Positions 17,058-28,430 of a stretch of DNA of 64,000 nucleotides are shown here, in pieces. The notes under the pieces were generated by a model that made no database searches, was not told where the DNA came from, and was given only the letters and a program-made list of their open reading frames with translations. A program made the translations under genes and the position numbers. The stretch spans positions 78,368,001 through 78,432,000 of the forward strand of contig NC_079170.1 of assembly GCF_947568905.1 (NCBI RefSeq). The letters run 5' to 3'. The stretch's first letter is position 1, and the number at the start of each line of letters is the position of its first letter. The DNA comes from Ostrea edulis (lineage: Eukaryota).

Positions 17058-17973
17058 AACAAGAGGGACATGAACCACATCGTTCGCTCGAGTCACCTTG
17101 GTCATGCTATGGTTCAACTGTTGTGATTTAAAATAGATTTTTCATCAATCATGAAAATGTTTGACCCCATATTGTGATCCCAATCCCAGCCCGAAAGGAT
17201 CACAACATAAATGAAAATGAATTCACATAGATACCTCAACATCAATATGACTAACATTATCTTGCTGTTCTGGAAAAGGTCATGGTCACAAGGTCATGAT
17301 ATAGGAATACCTTCCCATAAGAAATGTACATACTGAATATGAAAACTCTATCTGAAATAGTTCAAGAGATATTGAATAGGTAATTTTTTTTATTGAATGT
17401 AGGTCAAACCTCCAGGTCAAGGTCAATATCACAAGATCATACACCATTGCATCATATCAAAAGTTTTTCAGAAAAAAATCTGTATACAAAATTTGAGAGC
17501 ACTTTCCTAAATAGTTCAAGAAATATTTTTAAAGATTTTTCCTATATATATCAGCTCACAATACTCTAATCCCCTATTGTTGCCCCCATCTTACCGCCGG
17601 GAACCACCCATTACACAAATTTGGATTTATTCTATATCTGGAAGCTGTTATGTAAATTAGAACTTTTCTGGACCAGTGGTTCTTGAGAAGATTATTAAAG
17701 ATTTTCTCGATATACTTACATGCAGAACTTTGATCCCCTATTGTGGCCCCATCCTACCCTAGACAACATGATTCGAACAAACTTGAATCTGCGGTATGTC
17801 AGGAAGCTTTCATGTAAATTAATTTTTTGGGGGATTTTTGATAGACCTCACACTATTTCTGCAAATTTTCGTGATTATCACCCCTTGATGAGGGACATTG
17901 CCATTCACTTGAACAAAAATAAATACCATTCACTTAAGAATGTTTTGTGCAAAGTCTGGTCGAAATTGGCCCG

Positions 17974-18010
<37 letters not shown>

Positions 18011-18104
18011 TCAACGACGTCTTTGGGATGCCGACGACGACGACAGACAACGGACAAATTTCGATTAAAAAAGCTCACTTGAGCCTTTTGTTCAGGTAGC
18101 TAAA
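17058..18104. mobile_element. Non-autonomous Helentron/Helitron-like element (HINE type) with degenerate internal repeats
   Basis: Starts aacaagagggacatgaaccacatcg; ends gatgaaaatgtgaaaagttt..gacgacgac..aaagctcacttgagccttttgttcaggtagctaaa; internal ccc(c)tattg..cccc repeats. Matches the oyster HINE layout as I recall it. Confidence 0.6.
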
Positions 18105-18348
18105 GAAAATAAGCGTGAATTTCTACTTAATTTCGTAAAACATAGATCTTTATATATAGGTATATATACCCATTTACCAAAACTGTAATTCGTCCTCTGT
18201 TTATTGAGTTACATTGTGATGCGTTCTCGGGATATCTCTATCTTGTGTCATACCTGACAAACAAACAATTGCTCACGTGGGAAGAGATAACGATTTTGAA
18301 TAGCAATATGAGGTACTGTATCAAAGACAATCACAACTGATCGTCCTA

Positions 18349-18456
18349 TCAGTTCACACAATTAACCATTCAGTATCGCGGTCACGAGGCCGCTGTACAG
18401 ATCATGCATCTTTCTAGGATTATTTCCCGCCATTTCGGAATAAACCGCAAGTAAGT
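18349..18456 (+). promoter_or_regulatory. Candidate TSS and non-coding exon 1 of receptor gene 1
   Basis: Initiator-like TCAGTT at 18349-18354 and a strong donor caa|GTAAGT at 18451; an AG lies 13 nt before the ATG at 19473. Confidence 0.45.
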
Positions 18457-18686
18457 TTTCTATTTAGTTAGTTTGCTATTCTATTATTTCGTTAGTTTGC
18501 TATTCTATCATTTCGTTAGTTTTCTATTTCATTACATTTTCAACAATGAAATATTATAATTTATCCATTGAATAAAAAGGATATTTTTACTACAGTGAAA
18601 AATAACAACTGATTGTGACCTCATGTTAAATAATGACATGTTCTATATTTAATTGCTGGGATAAAATTTATAAATTCATTTCAAAA

Positions 18687-18887
18687 TTAAGGATTATCTC
18701 CCTTATGCATAGCTCTTATCCTTGGATGAATTTGGCTCCATTTTTGGCACTCTAGTTTTCCTTTTAGCTCTCACAAGTTTATTGTTATTTCGTATTTCCA
18801 AAATTTCGGCTTGAGTATCACTGAAGAGACATTATTTGTCGAAATGCGCATCTGGTGCATTAAATTGGTATCATATAAGTTTTACAT
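18687..18887 (+). mobile_element. Penelope-type pseudo-LTR carrying a hammerhead ribozyme
   Basis: ttaaggattatctccc..tttcggcttgag..ctgaagagac..gtcgaaatgcgcatctggtgc..taagttttaca. Confidence 0.7.
18815..18858 (+). ncRNA. Minimal type I hammerhead ribozyme
   Basis: Stem I GUAUCA/UGGUGC; CUGAAGA (18821-18827); stem II GACA-UUAUU-UGUC; GAAA (18841-18844); palindromic AUGCGCAU stem III; AUC cleavage triplet, predicted cut after 18852. Confidence 0.8.
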
Positions 18888-18924
18888 TGTAATGTTCTTG
18901 ACAACATTTTGAAACATTTCTCAA

Positions 18925-19325
18925 ATGAAAAGGGTGAAGATTATGAACGTGATCAACCTCTACAATGTAAACAGTGAAGATAAGAAACAGTGATCAAACT
19001 GATAAATTTATAAATTTTATGAAAGTGAGACTTAAGCCCTCTATCTTGATCAAGTCAATGAAGTAATTGTTACTTGTAGTCAACATTGTTATGTAGATAT
19101 TGTTATAATGGGTATAAAACAACCAGGACTCAGAGAACACTCGAGCTAATGACAGGTTTTGTTTGCAAATACGATCATCAGAACAACCATAGCATTTGCG
19201 AAATCATTACTCTTAAGTTGAAATCCCTGTAACATCTTCTTATTTGTTTGTAACATTTTTTCTGAAGACACCAGAAGTGGGATCAGGTGTCCAAGAGGAG
19301 TAAATGTCCATGTTGACCGGTCACA
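18925..19325 (-). mobile_element. Degenerate Penelope-like 3' fragments
   Basis: gtgaagataagaaacagtgatcaa; gcatttgcgaaat; gtgggatcaggtgtccaagaggagtaa. Confidence 0.7.
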
Positions 19326-19472
19326 TATTTCTTTGTTAATTCCTACATTTAATGTTAAGATTGTGACTTTAATCAGTTCAGCATTATGTTAAAATTCACA
19401 TCCTATTTTCATTTCTTTCTTGAGAATTCTCCTTTACCAGAGATTTATTGTAATTGCAGGTCAGCGAAATCC

Positions 19473-22400
19473 ATGGATATTTTCTGGTCAGCACTTACAT
19501 ATGTAATTCTTGTCGTTCGTGAAGCAAACCCAGTATTTCATGAAGATCATAACATTACGCACCAGGGAAGCGATTTTGGTTTCAACTATACACATGTATT
19601 ATTCCAAACCATTCTTCTTTGTGGGACAGATTTAATCTGTAACAAGTCTTTGCTGAATGTATTCGACATCCCAATCCAGTCAGTATCAGCTAAAGCACGA
19701 TGTGGGAACTGTTCCTGCGATTGCTTCAACTTCACCCCCGCAATCAATTGCTGCCCCGATATCATCTTTCAACATGGGCTTCTGGAATGCAAGGATGTAC
19801 AAATTTTGTCCAAAACAATTGACAGAAAAGAAGTTGTTGCCTCCTGCCCAGTCGGAACAAGCCCGGAATTATCACAGGAATGCACAATGAAACGATCTAC
19901 TATTGACGTAGTGCTTCAACCTCCAACAACCAGTGATTTGACACATATTTCATACCTGAATAAAAATTGTGGTGCATGTAATAAGGCAACCAACTTGAAA
20001 GAATGGAATATCATGTTCGGATGCTCAAAAGAAGTAGATTTCAATTATCTATCATCCTATCAAGAAATAGTAGATCTGGCAACTGTGCAAGCATGTGATA
20101 TTAGATTTAGTCCTCCCAATTCCTTGCAAAATTGTTCGATGCATATCCGTGAAAAAATCTCATTTTGCAATGTGACAGGGTCATGGCAGAATTATGATGT
20201 GCAAATAGAAAAAGCATGCCTTAGCTCCTACGTCGTTGCAATAGGCATGTTCAAAAACATTTTTTGTGCCATGTGCAATCCACCAGAATTTAAAGAGGGA
20301 TTCCTGATTGACGAATGCGACAATTCTACCAGCATATACAGTGAAGCATGTCGGTTTCTGCCGTTTCAGGAAGCATCGTTTCCATACAAGAACTACTTTT
20401 GTTTTATTTGCAACCATGGTGACAACAATACATTGCACTATAAAGATGTTGATCTCGTTGAATCACCATTTGAGTCATACGTAAAAGAAGGAGAATACCC
20501 ATATCAGTTTAAGTTTACAATTGCTTATAATGTCGATGATGTTAACCAGTACATGAGCAGACTCTTAAAAACATCGAATCTAAATGAAACGGTTTCCAAG
20601 CCTTCAACGGCAAAAAATACATATAAAAGGGAAAACCAATTTCAATGTTCAAAAACATTTGAATTTGGCGATCTAGGGGGACAAATATTTTCAACACACT
20701 TTAACCCAACTCCGCCCGAAGATACATCTACCTCAGATGCGAATACTTTATCCTCGATTAATATAACTAATTTAATCCGAATGAGTTTCGCTTTTTCGAG
20801 ACATGGTACCTGTACACCAGGATTATTGCCAAACTACACCATTCCTCTGCAGAAACAATGCTCCTGTACTGTAGGATGTAGGTCAGATTGTTGTGACGAT
20901 TTTGCCTTAAAAGTTCCGTGGACTTGTATTGATGATCGTTACCATAGAGATGGGAATAAGAAAGATTTTTTGGCGATTGGTGGATGTATGGAAGATGAAA
21001 ATATGGAACATCTGTGCAGCAGTGAGAAGACCCATCATTTTTATCAGGCATTACCGGTTACCTCAAAACACGGATATAAAGAAAATTACGTTAATTTCTT
21101 TTGTTATTTGTGCAACAGAAAGACAATTGACAGAAATTATCCCAATGTCACTGAAAATATTACAAAGGAAATCGAAATTTGGCCTTTGGTTGTATTTTGT
21201 ACTGTATACGTGAATCACAGGAACTTTCATTCACTCCAAAGTCTGATTGAATATGTAAACCAGAGCTCATGTGTACTGGAATTTTCACCACCTGCTAATT
21301 CTTCTAGATGTAGCGAAAACTGCAACGAAGGCCTGACTGAAATAGTCGAAAAATGTAACAAATCTAAAACTTGGTCCAATTTAAATGAAGAAATCCTATA
21401 TGCATGTGAGAATTCTGATTCATTTAGATTTCCCCGAATCAAGCTGGATAACACCATCTACAAAAATAAATTCTGTACAATTTGTAATCCTTTCAAAGGA
21501 AATATAGCAGATAGTTACTGCAGCGATTTCTCTCTACATTCGAATGTTAATCAAGCGTGTAAAGAATTTCCGAGCATAAACGTTTGCCATCCATACAAAA
21601 ATGTCTTTTGTGAAATGTGTCATAATGGTGGCATTGAATCGTATTGTTATGAAGAATTAGAAGCTAACGGAGGTTTAACAGATATTCCGGGTCCCACTCT
21701 ACCACCTTCTCCTTATGTTGGAACTTTCAGATCAACTTTCACCTTTTCAGCGTATGACACTTACGACACTGGTATTGACAAGTCAAACATAAAATGCCAG
21801 CAATACCAAATCTTTGATGATTATCAGGTAGGTACATGTAGCTCATATACATATTGCGTGATGATTCAATGACTGCTCAAATGTTATAATTGAAAAATGC
21901 TCCAAAATATAATCAGAACAAGGGTTGTCCAAATATAATACCAATAACAAAGGTAATCATAGTAAAGACTTAAAATGTAACCCGAATATAGATTGTCCAG
22001 ATTTGATCATGATAAAGAGTGCCCAATGCAAGCATAACAAAGACTGCAACTGAATTAACATATAAAGGGTGCCCAAATGCAATCATAGTAAAAGCTTCTG
22101 AAATGTTATAAGAAAGGACGGAAAAAAATTTCGAACGTAAAATGACAAGTGTTACTTCTCCTTTAATTCCTGTTTGATATTAAAAGATTTAACACCATTC
22201 TGAAGTCAATTTCTGTTTGATATTAAAAGATTTAACACCATTCTGAAGTCAATTTCTGATGAAGAAGCGGAGTTATTTAAAAACGTGAATTTAGCATCTC
22301 TTATCATATTTTTAAAAAATATGATTACACTAGTATAAACACACAGGAAAAGGTTACAGTGTTTAATGAAATCATTATACATGCATAAAAGATTGTTTTA

Positions 22401-22796
22401 CAAGACATTATATAGACTGATTATATGCTACACAAGCATAGCTTACAAATAAACTTCATAGGCACCAGTTGCACGACTACAGATGACATAGTGTGTTAGT
22501 TTTGGAATGGCAAGTATAGGTCTCGCTATTATCTACACTGTTTCATAACTAGTCTCATTACTCTAAACATATAATTTTTGTATATATCACAAATAAAACA
22601 GGTGGTTATGTTTACAATCGAATAGTTGCTAGTGGATGAAATGTAAATATAAAGCATTCTCGAGTGCAAGTAAACTGTCCTTTGATTCACTACAGAAAAT
22701 CAGAACGAATACTCTCGATGTCTTTGATAGAACATATCTAACGCTTTGATTTCAATGTTTACCATTATGATGAAAATTTTAATTTTGTTTTCACTT

Positions 22797-22827
<31 letters not shown>

Positions 22828-24435
22828 CAGAATACTTGCAAAAATTTCACATGCTTTCCCGGGAAGCTACTGCGAAATGACACATGCGTTTCCTTGCTGA
22901 TGGAGGCGTCTAATTTACGTTATACTTGGGCCTTAAAGCTCGAGTTCATTAACCTTGCATTGATTAACACAACGGTTAAAGAATCGATAACCAAAATAAG
23001 GAATTTCATTTCCCAAAATATCCATATCCTATTCAACACTTATGTCTTTGTTGAGGATTTCATATCAATGAGTAGAATCGGCTGCAGTGATGTATTTTCG
23101 AAGAACGGAGAAGTGTTGTTGTACTTAAAAATGTTCATAAATGACACTGTTAATAGAGATGAGATGGAACATAAACTACTCAGTTTCACTGACAGTCGTG
23201 TTGATTGGAATTTGTCAGATATGTTAGCACAGGATTGGAATGGATCTATTATGAACGTTAGAGTTTCAAGAAGTCCACAATCCTTATTCTTGCCTTCGTT
23301 TTTGTGGAAACTTGACAAAAAGACCCACTGCTTCGTCCAGGCAGAAAACTTGAGTCACGGTCCGGCAGTCTACAGAAATGTGCTGGTAAACCCGATGTTG
23401 ACATGCAAACAAGTTATTGTGAAGGACGGTGACTTTGGAGTAGCTTGGACAAAGATAGGGACGAAATATTCTTTCTTAGGCTTCAGTCTTTCCTCTCATC
23501 AATTTGTCTCGTCTGACAGTGGTGGGGTACGCGTGTGCGCAGAAGAAATACCATTCTACACAAAGACAACGACGGTATCGAAAAACGACCTGTCACCGAT
23601 ATTAATCGTAACCCTCGTTTGCATTATCATTTCTTTAATCTGCTTGATCATAACATTTGTGACATACTGTATGTTCTCAAGTCTTAGAACCCTGCCTGGA
23701 ATGAACAACATGTGTCTGGTCGTTTCTCTGTTTTTAGCGCAATTGCTCATGATAATAAGACCCTCTTTCCGATCAACATGGTTATCCATAGTTTCCGCCT
23801 TGTTGCATTTTTCTTGGCTCTCCACGTTTCTTTGGTTACAAGTCTGCTCCTTTCATGTATTTCGTGTCTTCAGTGCAAAAGGTCAATCTGACTTTCTTGG
23901 ACGGCAAAGCAGAAAAATTGTTATCAAATATTCAATTTACGCATACGGCAGTTCCGCAGTTATAGTTCTGACTAATATCGTCATCACATTGATCGTCACG
24001 AATGGAGAAAATACGGGATATGATAAAACATCCGCTTTGATGACGTATTCAGTGGCATTCATTGCCACTCTTATAGTCCCATTAGCACTTGTTTGCATGA
24101 CAAACATTGTGTTTTACATCTTCACTGCGTATAAGATATATTCTACCCCCAAAATAGAAAAGACAACCGGAAGTAGGGTTCACTTCAGTGTGTATGTGAA
24201 GTTATTTACCTTGACGGGGCTGTCTTGGATTCTACAGATAATAGATACCTTTCTGGAGATGTCCATCTTATCGTATCTTGTTGCTATCCTCAACGGCTTA
24301 CAGGGTTTGTTTCTAATGATCAGTTATGTATGTAATGGGCGAGTTTGGAGGATGTACATGAAAGCGTGTTGCAAGACGCCTTCCGATCGGGATATCTCAA
24401 AAGCGAGTACGAAAACAGACGTCACGAAAATATAA
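19473..24435 (+). CDS. Receptor 1: Cys-rich-ectodomain class B-like (Methuselah/latrophilin-like) 7TM receptor, 1319 aa. Coding exons 19473-21827 and 22831-24435
   Basis: Hydrophobic N-terminus MDIFWSALTYVILVV. Donor CAG|GTAGGT and acceptor poly-T-ACAG|AAT join in phase 0. Seven hydrophobic segments with LRTLPG..SLFLAQ, HFSWL..W, YVKLFTLTGLSW, LNGLQG motifs. Confidence 0.88.
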
Positions 24436-24897
24436 CCCACTGTAAAACAAATTCAAATTTTGAACTGTTGATATATTTTCAGTTGATGGCGATTGTCCTA
24501 AACGTGTTTTAAGCACACATAACATTTGTCAATTTTCCTAGTATTTCATATACTTGCTGATAAATCAAGGATATTCTGCTTGTTGTTGTTATTTGAATCA
24601 TGGTTCTAAGATTTGATCGAGTGGCTTTGAAATTTTTTATGGTTGATTGGTTGTGTGGAGGACTTTATCTTGGATGTGATTTTTAGTATTATTGTCTTAC
24701 TACTGGTTAATCATGTAGGAACATGGGCGGAGTCAATGAAAATGACAACTTCTTATATACTTACACTCGTACGATAGAATTGCTGTGAGTTTTGAAGGTA
24801 GAATTTAGTGTACACTGTACAATTCTTTTGATATTTGCCAATAAAAGAAAAAAATCCTATCATGTGGTTACGTGTTCAATATGAGTAACATACAAGT

Positions 24898-25410
24898 TCA
24901 CAAAACAGCAATGCATTCCACGGATACACACAACAGCATTCCACGGATACACGTTACAGCATTCCACGGATACACACGGATACACGTTACAGCATTCCAC
25001 GGATACATAATAACAGTATTCCACGGATACATAATAACAGCATTCCACGGATACACGTAACAACATTCCACGGATATACGCAACAGCATTCCACGGATAC
25101 ACACAACAATACTCCACGGATACACACAACAATACTCCACGGATACACACAACAATACTCCACGGATACACACAACAGCATTCCACGGATACACACGGAT
25201 ACACACGACAGCATTCCATGGGTACACACAACAGCATTCCACGGATACACACGGATACACACAACAGCATTCCACGGATACATAATAACAGTATTCCACG
25301 GATACACATAACAATACTCCACGGATACAGACAACAGCATTCCACAGATACACACAACAGCATTCCACGGATACAGACAACAGCATTCCACGGATACATA
25401 ACAGCATTTC
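24898..25410. repeat. Minisatellite, ~21-23 bp unit
   Basis: Repeated acaacagcattccacggatacac; explains the several overlapping repetitive ORFs here. Confidence 0.95.
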
Positions 25411-28202
25411 ACGCGTCTCACATCTGTTTGTAAAGAATGTCTAGGCTAGTAAACGACTCCAGCACCAGGACAGTTCAGTTACTGTAGGCTTGAAACACTC
25501 AAAAGGCTGAGGTAAGTACTCTGAATGTTCAGAGGTAAAGAGGCATCGCCAGGATCGGTTTATGATATTGCACCACTTGTGCAACTGGTTTAGAACTGCA
25601 TAAAAATTCATATGATACACCCACCGGGGACACTGAATCTACGAATAAGCCATCTTCGCTCCTTACACGAGGCCCGTCCCTCATTGTTACTAATGTACAC
25701 AGTGAGGTAAAGGTGTCCCGACGCCGAATAAAGTTAAAACAACAATCAAAACCTACCTTAGTGGACTTCACACTATATGACGTCACAACATAATAGTACG
25801 TCACGAGGTACGGCTCGATAGTTGTACATATCGCGGGGAAAATGTCATAATATTTTCTCGCTATTCACTACCGGCATTGTCCAGTGTTCAAGCTGTGTAA
25901 TCTATATGTAAATATGTTTGTTAGAGGATTCTTTTTCAGTTTTCGTTGATAGTATACAAGTCGCATATGTGCACTACAGTAATCTTAATATTACATTGTG
26001 ACCTTGAAATCGCCCGTGATGTGCATAGTATTTCAGAAGGAAGAAAGCCATTCGTGTGTACATATCGTTTTGGCACAGGTGAAAGATGACGATATTTTGC
26101 AAAGCATATTCCAAAAGGTAACTAGTTGCAAAGGAGTTTGATACAGAAGGTAGGATTTTTTTTTTTTACCTCGTTTAAATAAGATTTTACAGGGAATGTG
26201 GGAAATGCCTAATATTTAATAGAATCGTGAATATGGAGATTGCTAACATTTAATAGAATCGTGAATATGGAGATTGCTAACATTTAATAGAATCGTGATT
26301 ATGGAGATTGCTAAATAGGAGAGGACACTGTACCGGTCCAGATCACTTTTAAATTTATCATACCAATGTCGACATATCAAGCCTAAACTGCAAATGAATA
26401 GTGAAAATAGATACAATTGTGATACATATGTACCTTATTTTGTTCGGTTATTAGTAAGGGTGGACATCGTAAAACACCGGAACGTTGAATCGTCCAGTTC
26501 AGATTTCGATTAGTGTACGGTTACAAGTGTCATAAAACTGAATGACTTGTTGATGGGATAGACGGTCGCTAATATCATTGATAAAATTTCGTTCATTAAA
26601 CAAACGTTAGATGTTGATAGCATCAGTTAACGACCGCCGAGGTGAATCTGGCGGGAATAAAAACATGCACGCAGGCGATTCATCTGTCGGCGACGCCTGG
26701 TGAGCTGGAACAGGAATATGAAAGACAATCCGCATATCTCTAGTATTTATTATGGAAACAAACAGGTTTCGAATATTCTATTCTAATTTGACAAATGATA
26801 GCTGTTTCACGGTAGAATACCAAAGGCGATCCATACATATAATTATGATTGTTCAATATATTGAGAACATTATTATCATTCGCTTCATTTTCATTTATTT
26901 TTCTCTGGTTGACATTTCGAAAAAAAATTGAAATAAATAGTAAATAAATAAATTACAGTGACGACTTCTCTCGCATAAAAGTAGCAGGTATTAATGTAAA
27001 CCATACACAAAAGTCGTGCTGAGGGGAAATTCTTTGTTCGTTATCTCTGCTAGCATTTCAGGGTTTCGGGGTTTATTTTCATTTAATTTCTAAGTAATTC
27101 ATGCCTTTTTTTCAAAACTTGAACTCATCGCCTGATCGTTGATTGCAGACGTTTTAGCTCCTGGATTAGTAAACTTAAAAAGGCATAGATTAAGATAAAA
27201 AGTTCCAAAAATACTTCCGTGTCATTAAAGCCTATTGTAATATTACCAGGGATATACAGATGAAAAAAATACAAAACAGTTGAGGGTTTTCAAAGTTTTC
27301 ATTTTTATTCTATAATTTCCTATATGTATGCGATGAATTTTCAATTGTGTTGTGCCCGAGGGAATTTTAAGTTGCTTTATTACGCAAGATTTCAATGAGA
27401 TGAGTCCCCAGGCCAACAAACGAATATTTCAAATTAATTTGTATTCTCCAATATATATATACAAAGTATGCTGGATTTATGATACAGCTATAGATCGGGA
27501 CATGTAAAATTTACAAACATTGACTGTAACTTGGTACAATGATTAAGCGCCTAGTACTTAAAAAAGATGATCGGTTAAAAAATCTGTGTAAGACTTTTCT
27601 GATCTGGACGAGACGCACGATCTATATTTTTTTCTATATCGATTAACAATCGATCACAATTTGTATAGCAAACCGCACGTGGCTCTATTCTCATCTCAGC
27701 GGTGGGGTCTAACCTCTTGTGCTGATTATTTTATCATTAATTGGTTTCTAGTTAACAGTTTGTTTAGTAATTAGAATTTATCATGCAATAAATGTACTAT
27801 TGGACAATGCTACGATTCAATGGCCTGTGTCAGGCACCCGAAATGTTCGTATAACTGGTATTTGAGCAATGAAAGTGAATACAAGTAAAAAAAAATGCAC
27901 ATGTAAAAGAAATTATACTCCGAGTACATTACAGAATAGTCAGTTAGAGAGCTCTACAAACCTTGTGTTGACTTGCCAAATGTATGTAGTACCGACTTTA
28001 AATAAATTTTACTTACCTACTTACTTACATGTACTTCAAATCTAAAAATAGAATGGAAATAAGAAACTCTAAGTTACTGAGGAAACATTTCAGAATTTAA
28101 AAAAATGCAACGGTCGCTGTAGTCTTGTAGTTTTGATTGTTTTTTGGAATCGGGATACATGGAATAAATGTTTCATCTCGACGCCACATCAAACGTCGCA
28201 CT

Positions 28203-28430
28203 CGAAAATTTTTCAACCATATGGAGACGCTGCCGGTGAAAGGCTGTAAAATTTAGACCTATGCTTGGCGCTTTTGGCCTTTAAGTATGAAGGAATCTTT
28301 AACGTGCCGCACCTCCTGTGACACAGAACCTCGGTTTTTGCGGTCCCGTCCAAAGGGCCGCCCCTTTTAGTCGCATCTTAAGACAAACAAGGGGTACTGT
28401 GGACGTATTCTAACCCGAATCCCCACGGGA
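28203..28430 (-). mobile_element. SINE, V-domain-like
   Basis: Reverse complement of the 12873-13140 family (tttagtcgcatctta..acaaacaaggggtactg..ttctaacccgaatccccacggga). Confidence 0.75.

Noticed and set aside
19386-19472. ORF-track starts at 19386, 22894, 33817, 36808, 48910 and 61808
   Set aside because: They fall in introns or inside exon 3; the signal-peptide ATGs at 19473, 33892, 43670 and 55645 align across paralogs.
19386-24435. Treating the ~830-aa Cys-rich ORFs and ~520-aa 7TM ORFs as separate genes (secreted protein plus receptor pairs)
   Set aside because: In all four copies a GT donor and AG acceptor join them in phase 0 at homologous positions, and the 7TM ORFs lack their own signal peptide.
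22831-24435. Calling the receptors true latrophilin/Cirl or another named adhesion GPCR
   Set aside because: No GAIN/GPS, lectin, olfactomedin or HRM motif is visible, so no gene symbol was assigned.
24860-25433. Cys/Val-rich overlapping ORFs resembling keratin-associated or metallothionein-like proteins
   Set aside because: They are open in several frames on both strands because of the 21-23 bp minisatellite.
25440-25810. GC-richer segment with open frames (25529-25804 minus, and a plus frame YDTPTGDTES..)
   Set aside because: No recognisable motif or splice context; cannot be supported as coding.
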